The position numbers and the translations under genes are program-made. Of a stretch of DNA of 64,000 nucleotides, positions 1 to 8,668 are shown piece after piece. This stretch comes from an uncultured Anaerolinea sp. Its GTDB lineage: Bacteria > Chloroflexota > Anaerolineae > Anaerolineales > Anaerolineaceae. The stretch is taken from assembly GCA_964567255.1 (NCBI GenBank), contig CAZMMI010000001.1:1247-65246 (forward strand). Direction: 5' to 3'. The notes under the pieces are model-generated. The model did not search any database, had not been told where the DNA came from, and saw nothing but the letters and a program-made list of their open reading frames with translations. Positions within the stretch are counted from its first letter, which is position 1; each line of letters begins with the position of its first letter.

Positions 1-15
1 TTTGCCACATGGTTA

Positions 16-3000
16 TCAATTCAAAATCAGCGGGATGAAAATACGACACGCCGGTTCGACGGAGATTTGGAACGATCCCCTGGTGTGAGCCAGGTCGACC
101 ATATATTGACTGTCATATTCACTTTCATGCGGAACCAAGTTTGTGGCGTATGAAGCAAAGAGGATACGCCGCCCTCCGACAGGGAGTGCGGTGTAAGCAG
201 TGTGATCGTCGCCGTATTGCCCCCCTGCCGAAAGGGAGATGGGGATCGTTTCAGAGGTCAGGCGATCATGCCAGACGACCTGGGCAATGGAGGGGGCCGG
301 AGCGCCGCTCAAATTGGTGGCCCCTGTGCTATAGCTGACAAATCTGCCATCTGGAGAAATCGTTGGGAGGAAGCTTTCGTTATTGGCCAAAGCTCCGGTT
401 TCGGTTGTGGAGAGAAGGGTGTAAGTATCTGTTATTTGGTCGTAAACCGCGATGTCGGTGAAGCCGTTTGTGTCTCCGGGGATGACACCGTCGCCAATCG
501 TCGAGACGATGAAGCGGCCGTCATAAGAAATGGAGGCGGAGTGACCTTTCAGAAAAGACATTGTTTGTGTGGTATTTTCGTTTAAGTCGCGAATGAAATC
601 ATCGAAGACCGCATAACGCCCGTCGCCAGAGATTTGACCCTCGTAGAGTGCGATCGGATTTCCATGTATATCAATGGATGCCACTTCTAACGACCCGGTT
701 CGCATATCGCGGACATAGGTGCTGTAGTCTGGTGTGGACGGGAGGAGAGAAGATTGCGAGTGGAAAAGCACAATTTGACCATCGAAGGAGATGCTAATGT
801 GATCCCCAACACCCTGAGGAGAGGGTGTGCCATATGGGTCGACATCGACAATTTCAAAGGTCTTGCTCAGCCGATCGTAACGGTATAGGTGGGGGCCGAT
901 GTAAGAGGGCGGCACACCAGGAACAATGCCCGCAGCGGTCGACATAAATAATACATACCGTCCATTTCCGCTGATGTTCGCCAGAATTCCAGGCGCGACC
1001 CTTTCGTACTGCTGGGTCTCCAAATCACGGATAAACACTACCGCTTCATCACCTTCTGGGAAGATGATGGGTATAAACCGGCCATCATACGAGATGGAAG
1101 GATACCAGAAATATGAATCCGGATTTACCTGACCGTTTGGGCCAATGGAAATTCTTTGGATAAGGGGATCGAAGCCGAGAGAAAAGTCAAATTGGGTGCT
1201 GCCTATGGTAGAGGCGTGATATGCCAGGTTCCCGGCATCGATGTCTTCCTGCGTATAGGTGTCGCCGGTCCGGAGGGGCAGGCCGTTCAAGGTCAGCTCG
1301 CCGAAATCGGGTAGCGTGGTCAAGGTGAATGTGCTGCGGCTGGCGGGCTGGCTGCTGGAGGCGGCCAGTTGATCCGCGGTGATACCGGTCGTATTCCCAA
1401 AGGTTGCGACTAATCCAGTATTCCTTTTTACTTGTGGGGGAAGGGCGGGTGAATCAACTTGAACTCTGAAATACGCCTGCTGGGCCGGTTTCACAATAAA
1501 ATAATCCAGGGCTGCGTTGGTGTCGTCCGAAACCAGCCAGTTGGCCTCAGATGCAAATAGTATCTTCTTGCCGTCCGAACTGATACTGAGCGAGTAAGTA
1601 TTGTCGATGAATAACGGTGAAGAGCCATTAGATGAGTCCGGTAGGATGATCCGGTTCGTTGTTTGATGATAACGATCTCGGATAAATAGATCTGCGTGCC
1701 CGTTTGTATCCCAAAGATCCAGGTTGCTCGCACTAGAAATGAAGGCGACATAGCGTCCGTCCGCGTTGATTGCAGAGGCTGGTCCAGGAACCACAAATTG
1801 GTGATTAACACCTTGCTCCTGTTTTGAGTTGATTGTAACAAGTTCGTTTGTCCCAGCCTGTCGGTCGAACATGAAGATGTCCGCCTCTTCGTTCGTGTCC
1901 TCAGCTACCAGATTGGATGCATCGGAGCCGTAAACAACATACCTTCCATCCTCCGAAATTGATAGCGGGCTACTTCCGCTCTGGTGGTTTCCCGGCTGGC
2001 CATCGCTTCCTATTGAAGCTAAAATTAAGCTTTCGTCAACGGTGTGATAGAGATACACATCGCGATAGGTGTTCAGGTCATCGGGAAGTAGACTGGAATT
2101 AGTTGCAAATGCAACCCATTGGCCATCTCCTGAAATCACAGGCACATAAGCGGCTTGGCAGATGCCTGAAGCATCTTTTGCGATGCAATGGTTTTGATCG
2201 GTTAAACGATCGCGAAGAATGGGGATGTCTGCTTGGTCTTGTTCAATTTCAATGAGGTTCTGGGCTTCTGTTAGGAAAGCGACATATCGTCCATCTCTTG
2301 AAATTGAAGCAAAGTATGAATGTCCATCCCCGGCCATTCCAGAAGAATTGATTGAAATGAGATCTTGTTCTATTGAAGGTTGAAGATGATCTTGAAGATA
2401 TAGTTGAAGGATGGAGGAAGGTTCCGAGCCGCCCCCCAGATTTGGCGCTTCGGAAGAAAAAGCTGTAAATCTTCCATCCGGAGAGATTGCCGGAACCATT
2501 GCATTGGCCTGTGCGGCTGTTCCATCCGGAGCAATGGAGACGAGCGAAGTTTGGTCTGCTGGATGATCCCGCAAGTAGACTTGCTCGGCACCAAAGGTGT
2601 CCATGCCTGCCAGGTTGGTGGCGGCACTTTCAAAGACGAAAAGCTGCCCATCGGAACTCATCCTTGCATTGGCCGCTTGATCATCTGCTTGCAGTCCGCT
2701 ACTGCCTATCGAGACACGTTCTATTGCGGCCTGGCCTGGCGAAGAAAAAAGGAATCCAAATCCGTCAGGCCCGGAATTTGACGCATCGTTGTAGTACACC
2801 ACATTTCCGTCATTGATGTCTTTCTGGGTAAAGGTGTCGTTGACCTGCAAATCTGCCCCATCCAGCCGCAAACGCCCATGCTCGGGCAATTGCGCCAGGG
2901 TGAACACCAGCGCTTCGGGCGGATCGCTTGGGTGAGAGATGCGAAGGTTGTCTTGCGTGATGACAACGGGCAAGCCGGTGAGCACGGTTGCCATAGAATT

Positions 3001-4296
3001 TCTGAGCAAGATCACGTCATCGCCCTGGATTTCAAATGCCCCCATATCACATCCGGCGTCCTGAGGGCGCAAGCCCCCGCGCTGATCGTTGTGCAGCGGC
3101 TGCCCATCCGGCCCGGTGCAGTATTCTGCCGGAACCGCATCTCTTGCCGGGCTGTCTTCCGCGATAGGGAGGGTGGGGGTGACCCCGCCGTAGTCTCCGA
3201 TGGTTCCGAAGATTGGGTCTGCGTCGATATTCCCTGTGCCTGGATACCCCCCGTTGATAATGCTGCGGGAAACCTCAATGGTTGAGTAACCGCCATCATC
3301 ATAAATTGGCGATGGCTGCGACTCCCAGAGGATGCTGTTGCGAATATTGAGCGGGCTAGAATACGAGTGGATGGAAGCACCGGGCTGAGCAGCGGTATTC
3401 TGATGAAAGGTGCAGTTGATGATATTTGTCGTGCTGCCGTAAGAGTTGGCGATTGCGCCGCCGAAATCTGAGGCCGAGTTGGCATAGAACAGGCTGTTTG
3501 TGAAGGTGACCGTGCTCTCGTCGTTAAAAATTACGCCGCCGCTCTTCGCGCTGTTTTGGATAAAGCTGCTGTTTTCGATTTCAATGTGGTTGGATTTATG
3601 GTTATAAATTGCCCCACCGTACCCTTCTGATGCCAAATTTCCTTGAAAGAGGGAGTCTTTGATGCTGACGAACCCAGAATCGCTAGAGATAGCGACTCCC
3701 ATGTACCCATGATTGTTAATGAACTGGGAGTTTTCAATCGTGATTGTTCCGCTTATATTCATAATGCCATACATGCTGTCACGGAAGATCATGTTGCGCA
3801 GGGTCAGGTATCCCTCATCAACATCCATGCCCATGTCTCCGGTAACGGTGAAGCCATCCAGAACGGTCGTCTCGCTGGTTTGGACGCTTTGAATTACAGG
3901 TATGTGGTGATAAAGAATATGGATGCCCTGCAACAAAGTCAAGTTGCTCTCCCAATCCCTTTGGCTGCGCTCGGTTTCGTTGCCCGCAAACCCGCCATAT
4001 AGGCCCACGCCGCTGGTTAAGTGGAAAGAACGAGATGCTTCGTTTGCGCCAGAGGGTGAGTAGGTTCCAGCTTTCGCCCAGATTTCATCCCCTTCAGAGA
4101 CTCGCGAAGCAAGGGCGTATTCCAAGTCACAGGGCGTGGCCCAATCTAAACCGCAGGTGGGGTCGTTGTCCACTCCGCCTGTGGAGACTCGAATAATTGC
4201 GCCGGCTGCCGATGCGCTTGGGATGGAAACAGGCAGAGCGATCGATGCGATACAAGTGATAATCAGCGAATGACAAATGAGTTTGATGAGCTTCAT
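16..4296 (-). CDS. Large secreted repeat protein: right-handed beta-helix region followed by two copies of [CSPG/cadherin-like domain + TolB-type (PD40) beta-propeller repeats]
   Basis: 1426-aa ORF with its stop at 16-18. N-terminal signal peptide (MKLIKLICHSLIITCIASIALPVSIPSASA). Beta-helix style repeats (GGAIYN, GGAIANS, NS.F..N) ending in DQRGGLRPQDAGCDMGAFE. More than 12 repeats of the form IS.DGR[YF]VAF.S.A.NL...DTN...D.F..D. Confidence 0.8.
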   Translation of the reverse strand: MKLIKLICHSLIITCIASIALPVSIPSASAAGAIIRVSTGGVDNDPTCGLDWATPCDLEYALASRVSEGDEIWAKAGTYSPSGANEASRSFHLTSGVGLYGGFAGNETERSQRDWESNLTLLQGIHILYHHIPVIQSVQTSETTVLDGFTVTGDMGMDVDEGYLTLRNMIFRDSMYGIMNISGTITIENSQFINNHGYMGVAISSDSGFVSIKDSLFQGNLASEGYGGAIYNHKSNHIEIENSSFIQNSAKSGGVIFNDESTVTFTNSLFYANSASDFGGAIANSYGSTTNIINCTFHQNTAAQPGASIHSYSSPLNIRNSILWESQPSPIYDDGGYSTIEVSRSIINGGYPGTGNIDADPIFGTIGDYGGVTPTLPIAEDSPARDAVPAEYCTGPDGQPLHNDQRGGLRPQDAGCDMGAFEIQGDDVILLRNSMATVLTGLPVVITQDNLRISHPSDPPEALVFTLAQLPEHGRLRLDGADLQVNDTFTQKDINDGNVVYYNDASNSGPDGFGFLFSSPGQAAIERVSIGSSGLQADDQAANARMSSDGQLFVFESAATNLAGMDTFGAEQVYLRDHPADQTSLVSIAPDGTAAQANAMVPAISPDGRFTAFSSEAPNLGGGSEPSSILQLYLQDHLQPSIEQDLISINSSGMAGDGHSYFASISRDGRYVAFLTEAQNLIEIEQDQADIPILRDRLTDQNHCIAKDASGICQAAYVPVISGDGQWVAFATNSSLLPDDLNTYRDVYLYHTVDESLILASIGSDGQPGNHQSGSSPLSISEDGRYVVYGSDASNLVAEDTNEEADIFMFDRQAGTNELVTINSKQEQGVNHQFVVPGPASAINADGRYVAFISSASNLDLWDTNGHADLFIRDRYHQTTNRIILPDSSNGSSPLFIDNTYSLSISSDGKKILFASEANWLVSDDTNAALDYFIVKPAQQAYFRVQVDSPALPPQVKRNTGLVATFGNTTGITADQLAASSSQPASRSTFTLTTLPDFGELTLNGLPLRTGDTYTQEDIDAGNLAYHASTIGSTQFDFSLGFDPLIQRISIGPNGQVNPDSYFWYPSISYDGRFIPIIFPEGDEAVVFIRDLETQQYERVAPGILANISGNGRYVLFMSTAAGIVPGVPPSYIGPHLYRYDRLSKTFEIVDVDPYGTPSPQGVGDHISISFDGQIVLFHSQSSLLPSTPDYSTYVRDMRTGSLEVASIDIHGNPIALYEGQISGDGRYAVFDDFIRDLNENTTQTMSFLKGHSASISYDGRFIVSTIGDGVIPGDTNGFTDIAVYDQITDTYTLLSTTETGALANNESFLPTISPDGRFVSYSTGATNLSGAPAPSIAQVVWHDRLTSETIPISLSAGGQYGDDHTAYTALPVGGRRILFASYATNLVPHESEYDSQYMVDLAHTRGSFQISVEPACRIFIPLILN

Positions 4297-4417
4297 GGTG
4301 GATCTCCAATTGGGCCGTGTTCTTCATGTAGAATTATTATACAGGAGCAACATAAAAGAGGCGGATGGACGCAATTTCAACGATGACGGAAAATTCGGCG
4401 ATGATTGGGAGAAAGTA

Positions 4418-4909
4418 ATGTTTCGAGACATGAGACGGACAAAACAACTGCTGCCAATGGAAGTGACCCAACACATTCTGGAGACTGGTTCGGTTGGGGT
4501 TCTAGGTGTTATCGGTGACGATGATTACCCATACGCGGTCCCGGTGAACTTTGTTTACGAAAATGGAAAGATCTATTTCCACAGCGCGAAAACCGGACAC
4601 AAACTGGATGGGATTCAAAGGAACGCAAAAGTTTCTTTCTGTGTCATCGATCGAGACGAAAACGTCCCCGCGGAATTCACATCCTATTTTCGGAGTGCGA
4701 TTGCGTTTGGAAGGGCGAAGATCGTTGAGGACGTGTTGGTTAAACAACACGCGATGGAACTGTTGGTCCGCAAATATTCACCGGGTTTCGAAGAAGAAGG
4801 GGCTGCGGCCATTCGAAGAAGTTGGGAAAGGACGCATGTTGTTGAAATTGTCATAGAGCACATGACGGGCAAGGAAGCCATCGAGCTGGTGAACCAAAAG
4901 ACGGTATGA
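4418..4909 (+). CDS. Pyridoxamine 5'-phosphate oxidase family (FMN-binding split-barrel, Nim-like) protein
   Basis: The track ORF is 4277-4909. I prefer the ATG at 4418 (MFRDMRRTKQ...), which is preceded by GGGAGA. The pattern GVLGVIGDDDYPYAVPVNFVYENGKIYFHSAKTGHKLDGIQRNAKVSFCV is typical of the family. Confidence 0.8.
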   Translation: MFRDMRRTKQLLPMEVTQHILETGSVGVLGVIGDDDYPYAVPVNFVYENGKIYFHSAKTGHKLDGIQRNAKVSFCVIDRDENVPAEFTSYFRSAIAFGRAKIVEDVLVKQHAMELLVRKYSPGFEEEGAAAIRRSWERTHVVEIVIEHMTGKEAIELVNQKTV

Positions 4910-5117
4910 TCGCCCGGTTTTCCGGAGGACGCCCACAAATTCCAACATCGGAAAGCTGCTCAACCATCGGGGTGGCAACGATATCTTGCCCTTTTTCTGG
5001 CGGTATAGTGGGGACGAGGCCACCCTGCGGAAGTATATGGCACATCCGATCCGGCTCAACTCTCACAGTGAGGCGGTTCTAGAGATCACCGGCGCTCACC
5101 AAGGCGTCGTTCAGCAC

Positions 5118-5954
5118 CTATTTCAACGCCCAAATCCAGGTGTCGGTGAACGTGCAAAGGGTTGTTCCCGTATCGGTCCAGGCGTTCAAGCCGATTTGAC
5201 CATCCATGGGGAGGTTGTTATAGATGGCTTTTTGCAGTTCTCCATTGATGTAAGGGAAAATCTGATCGCCTTGAACCACCAGGGTGAGTTCGTTGATTTC
5301 GTTCTGCTCATCTTTAATTGCTTCTGATGCGGTCATGGGAACCGGCTCCCAATCTGTGTATGCGCCTTTGATGACCCAGACAAACCAGTGGGGAACACTT
5401 GGCAATCGAACAATGTTGTACATATAGAGTTGCCGGGTATCCATGTCTTCACCGGCGTGGAAAACGATGCCGCAGCCGGAAAATCCCCTTTCCGTGGTCC
5501 ACTGTGCTTTGGTCTGGACGACGAAATCGGTGAGGTTTTCCTTAAGAATAATCTCAGGTTTGTATAGACTGTCATCATCAATCGTTAGGGCCATAGGCTC
5601 AGGATTGAAGTAGGCCAGACGGCCTTCCTCCGGATTGAGGGCCAGTTTTTCCAGTTCAAGCCGCACCCGTTCGATGCCGGCCTGGTAGGTGGCGGTCTCT
5701 TGAACCTGTTGAGTGGCTTCCAGGTCCGGTGTGGCGGTTGCGGTGGGCGCCACGGTGTCAATTGGCGGCTGAGTCGCGGTGGGTTGGGGCGTTTCGCTGG
5801 GGGAGGTTGTGGCGGTGGGAGGCAGGGTGGGTGCGGTGGTGGGAGCGGCAGGCTCTGCGCTGCAACCGGTTTGCGCGATGATCACCAAAACCAAAAGGAT
5901 GGCAATCCATCCTGTCTGCCTCGACTGGGCGTGGGAAAAACCATGTGACAACAT
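5118..5954 (-). CDS. Hypothetical secreted protein or lipoprotein with a Pro/Thr-rich linker
   Basis: 278-aa ORF with an N-terminal hydrophobic segment ending in AQTGC (a non-canonical lipobox). A long P/T/A-rich linker is followed by a globular C-terminal domain of about 170 aa that I cannot assign. Confidence 0.6.
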   Translation of the reverse strand: MLSHGFSHAQSRQTGWIAILLVLVIIAQTGCSAEPAAPTTAPTLPPTATTSPSETPQPTATQPPIDTVAPTATATPDLEATQQVQETATYQAGIERVRLELEKLALNPEEGRLAYFNPEPMALTIDDDSLYKPEIILKENLTDFVVQTKAQWTTERGFSGCGIVFHAGEDMDTRQLYMYNIVRLPSVPHWFVWVIKGAYTDWEPVPMTASEAIKDEQNEINELTLVVQGDQIFPYINGELQKAIYNNLPMDGQIGLNAWTDTGTTLCTFTDTWIWALK

Positions 5955-6032
5955 ATTCTCTCCTGGGCGTGAAGATGCGGTGCTCCGGTTGGTCTACAAA
6001 GCCCTTGGGGCTGTATGTATTATTCCAGCACC

Positions 6033-6064
6033 AAAAAGACGCCGGCAAGCCGGATTGTCTTTTT
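6033..6064 (-). terminator. Candidate intrinsic terminator downstream of degV
   Basis: On the minus strand the sequence reads AAAAAGACaatCCGGcttgCCGGcGTCTTTTT. It is an imperfect hairpin ending in a T-run and lies 128 nt after the degV stop. Confidence 0.4.
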
Positions 6065-6191
6065 CAGGCTTAGTATAGCATTGGTCATGGAAGATGTCCG
6101 ATGGAAATTCACTTCGGAGGCGCCGCAAAGATTTTTGTTTCTCTCCAGGACTTTTGAAGGTGAAATGGTGGGAGCGATCCAGCTTAACGCT

Positions 6192-7079
6192 TTAGCTTAA
6201 GCGTTCATCACCCAGGAAGTAAAGCGCCACCGTGCCCGGTCCGGTGTGGGAACCGATCACGGTTCCGACGGTGTTGATCATCACCCTTCCGTTCAGATGG
6301 GGGAATTTCTGCTCAATCAGGTCTGCTACTTCACGCGCATCTTGGTAGCAGGCAGAATGGGATATAAAGCATTTTCCTGTGTAGCCTGTGCCGCTTTGGG
6401 CGTTATGTTCCATTTTTTTAACGATCTCACGAACAACTCGCTTCTTCCCGAGTATCTTTTGGCGCGGGATGAGTTTTCCTTGATGATCCATGTTCATCAA
6501 AGGGCAAATATTTAACATCGCGCCCACTACGGCTGAAGTGGCTGAAATCCGACCCCCGCGTTTGTAGTGCGTCAGATCTGTTGAAAAGAACCAATGATGG
6601 ATATGCAGACGGGTCTGCATGAGCCAATCAGAAATATCGGACAGGGCGGCCCCACTTTCTTTGAGATCAACTGCCAGGTCGACCAGCATCCCGTAACCAG
6701 ATGAAGCCCCCAGCGAATCGACGATCTGGAGGGTCCGATCGGGATATTTCTTTTGAAGTTGTTCGCGTGCCAGCACGGCAGAATTATAGGTGCCGGATAA
6801 TCCGGAAGAAAGAGAAATGTGCAGAATATCTTTGCCCTGTGCCAGATAGGGTTCAAAGAAGGATACAAATTCGTTCACGTTCACTTGGGAGGTTGTTGGC
6901 ATTGCGCCGGCTGCTATTCTGGCATAAAAATCATCGAATGGTATGGTTTGCCCCAGATCGTCCGGGTATTCTTTGTCATCCATCATGAAGTGGAAACAGA
7001 TAAATGGGATATTGCGACGCTGGAAATAATCCAGGGGCATGTCCGCTGTGGAGCAACATGTGATGAGAAAATCCTGCAT
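6192..7079 (-). CDS. degV: DegV family fatty-acid-binding protein
   Basis: The track ORF is 6192-7187. The likely start is the M of MQDFLITCCSTADMP at 7079, with an alternative at 7115. The LHISLSSGLSGTYNSA motif and overall DegV-like layout support the call. Confidence 0.85.
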   Translation of the reverse strand: MQDFLITCCSTADMPLDYFQRRNIPFICFHFMMDDKEYPDDLGQTIPFDDFYARIAAGAMPTTSQVNVNEFVSFFEPYLAQGKDILHISLSSGLSGTYNSAVLAREQLQKKYPDRTLQIVDSLGASSGYGMLVDLAVDLKESGAALSDISDWLMQTRLHIHHWFFSTDLTHYKRGGRISATSAVVGAMLNICPLMNMDHQGKLIPRQKILGKKRVVREIVKKMEHNAQSGTGYTGKCFISHSACYQDAREVADLIEQKFPHLNGRVMINTVGTVIGSHTGPGTVALYFLGDERLS

Positions 7080-7523
7080 TGTCTTGATCCTCTTGGGAAG
7101 AAAATTCAAAGTCATCCCTGACTCTGCAAGAGATTGTATGTGATTTAATGAAATGGCAGTAGTCCCCCGAGTCATAATTGGGGTCATATTCGTGCTGCGG
7201 CTAATTTAGAATTTGTCCAATAAGAGAATCCCTGTTTGTTCTATGGCGGTCCAAATTTAAGAGGCGCCCCCGGATAGCCCCTCTGAACTCAATACATAGG
7301 GCCTCTCATACCCTTATGTACCGTCCTCTAGCGGCGAGGAAGAGGAGCCGCAATTGGCCGATCTCCGAATCGTCTGCTGCGGGTTGTTTTCTATGGTTTT
7401 GGCCCTGGCTCTTGAAGCGATTCTGCAACCATGTCGTAATGGTAGCCTTATTGTTTAGTTCTATAGTATGTTATACAATGTTTTGGCAGGAACATCGTTT
7501 TGGCGGACCACGAGGTGGGATGA

Positions 7524-8120
7524 ATGGCAGTCATTGTTTTGCGGCTAGCCGATTCCAATTCTTCGGTCACCAAGCGCCCCAAGAACTGCCCTTATTGCGG
7601 CAGTGACGTATTACAAGGATGGGGGATGGGTGAAAAGGAAGTACAGGATACCTTGACTCAGACGAGCGGGTATCATCGTTTTCGTTGCGGCTCCTGCCAG
7701 CGCACATTCCGATATTATGCGAACGGCGTAGATCGCACCCGAATCACGCAGCGAATCCGGCGGATCGCGGGGATGGTCTGGCTGTTGGGCATCAGCGCGC
7801 GTGAAGTGACCAAGCATTTTTCTGAAGTCGGGATTGTGATCCATTACCTGACCGTCTGGCGAGAGGGGAATTCGCTGCGAACGGCACTCGTCGAGCGCTT
7901 TGGCCCAGATTATGTCGAGCGGCATTCCATTGATCGAGATTTCCTAAAAATGAAATCTCACTGGATCGGCACGTCCATCGTGGCTGATTTCGGGGAGAAA
8001 TGCCTGGTATTGGGGCGGATGGCGGAGGTAGATCACCGGGCGGTTCTGGATTGGTTGCAGCCCATCCTTGGCGACCTGGATATTGTGGTGTCCCTGGCTG
8101 ATGCGGGGGCTGTGTCCTGA
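7524..8120 (+). mobile_element. Truncated zinc-ribbon + HTH transposase-like gene (IS1/IS1595-like N-terminal part; no complete DDE domain)
   Basis: 198-aa ORF with GAGGTGGG upstream. It has a CPYCG...RFRCGSCQRTFRYY zinc ribbon followed by an HTH-like segment (GISAREVTKHF) and the beginning of a catalytic-core-like region, then stops. A homologous fragment lies at 48433-48609. The family assignment is from memory and tentative. Confidence 0.45.
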
Positions 8121-8136
8121 TATTTCTATTGAGCTT

Positions 8137-8189
8137 TGTAACGGCTTTTGTAACAATTCTGTAACAATACTCCCAACCGCCCTTGTAAC
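8137..8189. repeat. Four phased TGTAAC motifs immediately after the transposase-like ORF
   Basis: TGTAAC occurs at 8137, 8149, 8160 and 8184, giving spacings of 12, 11 and 24 nt, which is roughly helical phasing. Confidence 0.5.
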
Positions 8190-8382
8190 AAAACCCCCCC
8201 AATTCGGAGTAGTTTATCTATAATGTGATTATTCAGTTATTTGTAAGCGCTTAAATTTATACGTATCCCTTACAGCGTCAGCAATCATGTCTGAAGGGTG
8301 CGATGATCTGGAGATTGACACTGGTCGCAGGGCTGGATCCCGCAAATCGGGTGAAGCATAGATCTCCAGGGAGCAAATTGCG

Positions 8383-8424
8383 AAACCGACCTTTTTTAGC
8401 GGGGAATAAAGGTACGGTTTTTTT
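8383..8424 (+). terminator. Terminator-like hairpin in the long region upstream of the first giant gene
   Basis: AAACCGACCTTT pairs with AAAGGTACGGTTT (one bulged A) across a 13-nt loop and is followed by TTTT. The loop is large, so this call is weak. Confidence 0.3.
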
Positions 8425-8668
8425 GATTCTATAGATTGGTGGACAATCAGGTCTGTTGGCGCAACCGCTCAGACGAGTCTATTCGCGCTGGCTGTTGTCA
8501 GAGCCAACAGGCAGAAATGGATATGCTGCTAAACATCCGATTTTTTATTCAAGCTGGCTTTGCGGAAGCGGGGGGAAACTCCGAAGAGCACTCACGTATG
8601 TGGAAAAAACTACTGTCAAAAAAAACCTCCATTCGGCAAAAAAGGTGATACCAAAAAGGGGTAATGCT

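Noticed and set aside
4277-4417. N-terminal extension of the PNPOx-family ORF
   Set aside because: It overlaps the divergent gene's start region. The family domain begins near the Met at 4418, which has a GGGAGA ribosome-binding site.
7316-7606. 96-aa plus-strand ORF upstream of the transposase-like gene
   Set aside because: It overlaps the better-supported ORF at 7524 in another frame. It has no SD and no recognisable features.
8225-8424. c-di-GMP riboswitch upstream of the giant adhesin-like gene
   Set aside because: The context is attractive, but I could not find the conserved GEMM-I (GGCAAA, ACGCAAAGC) or class II core sequences by eye. I kept it only as a generic leader-element finding.
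8456-8668. N-terminal extension of P1 from a TTG start
   Set aside because: The extension has no SD and is hydrophilic and basic, lying ahead of the real signal peptide. The ATG at 8669 gives a canonical signal peptide, as in the paralogs.
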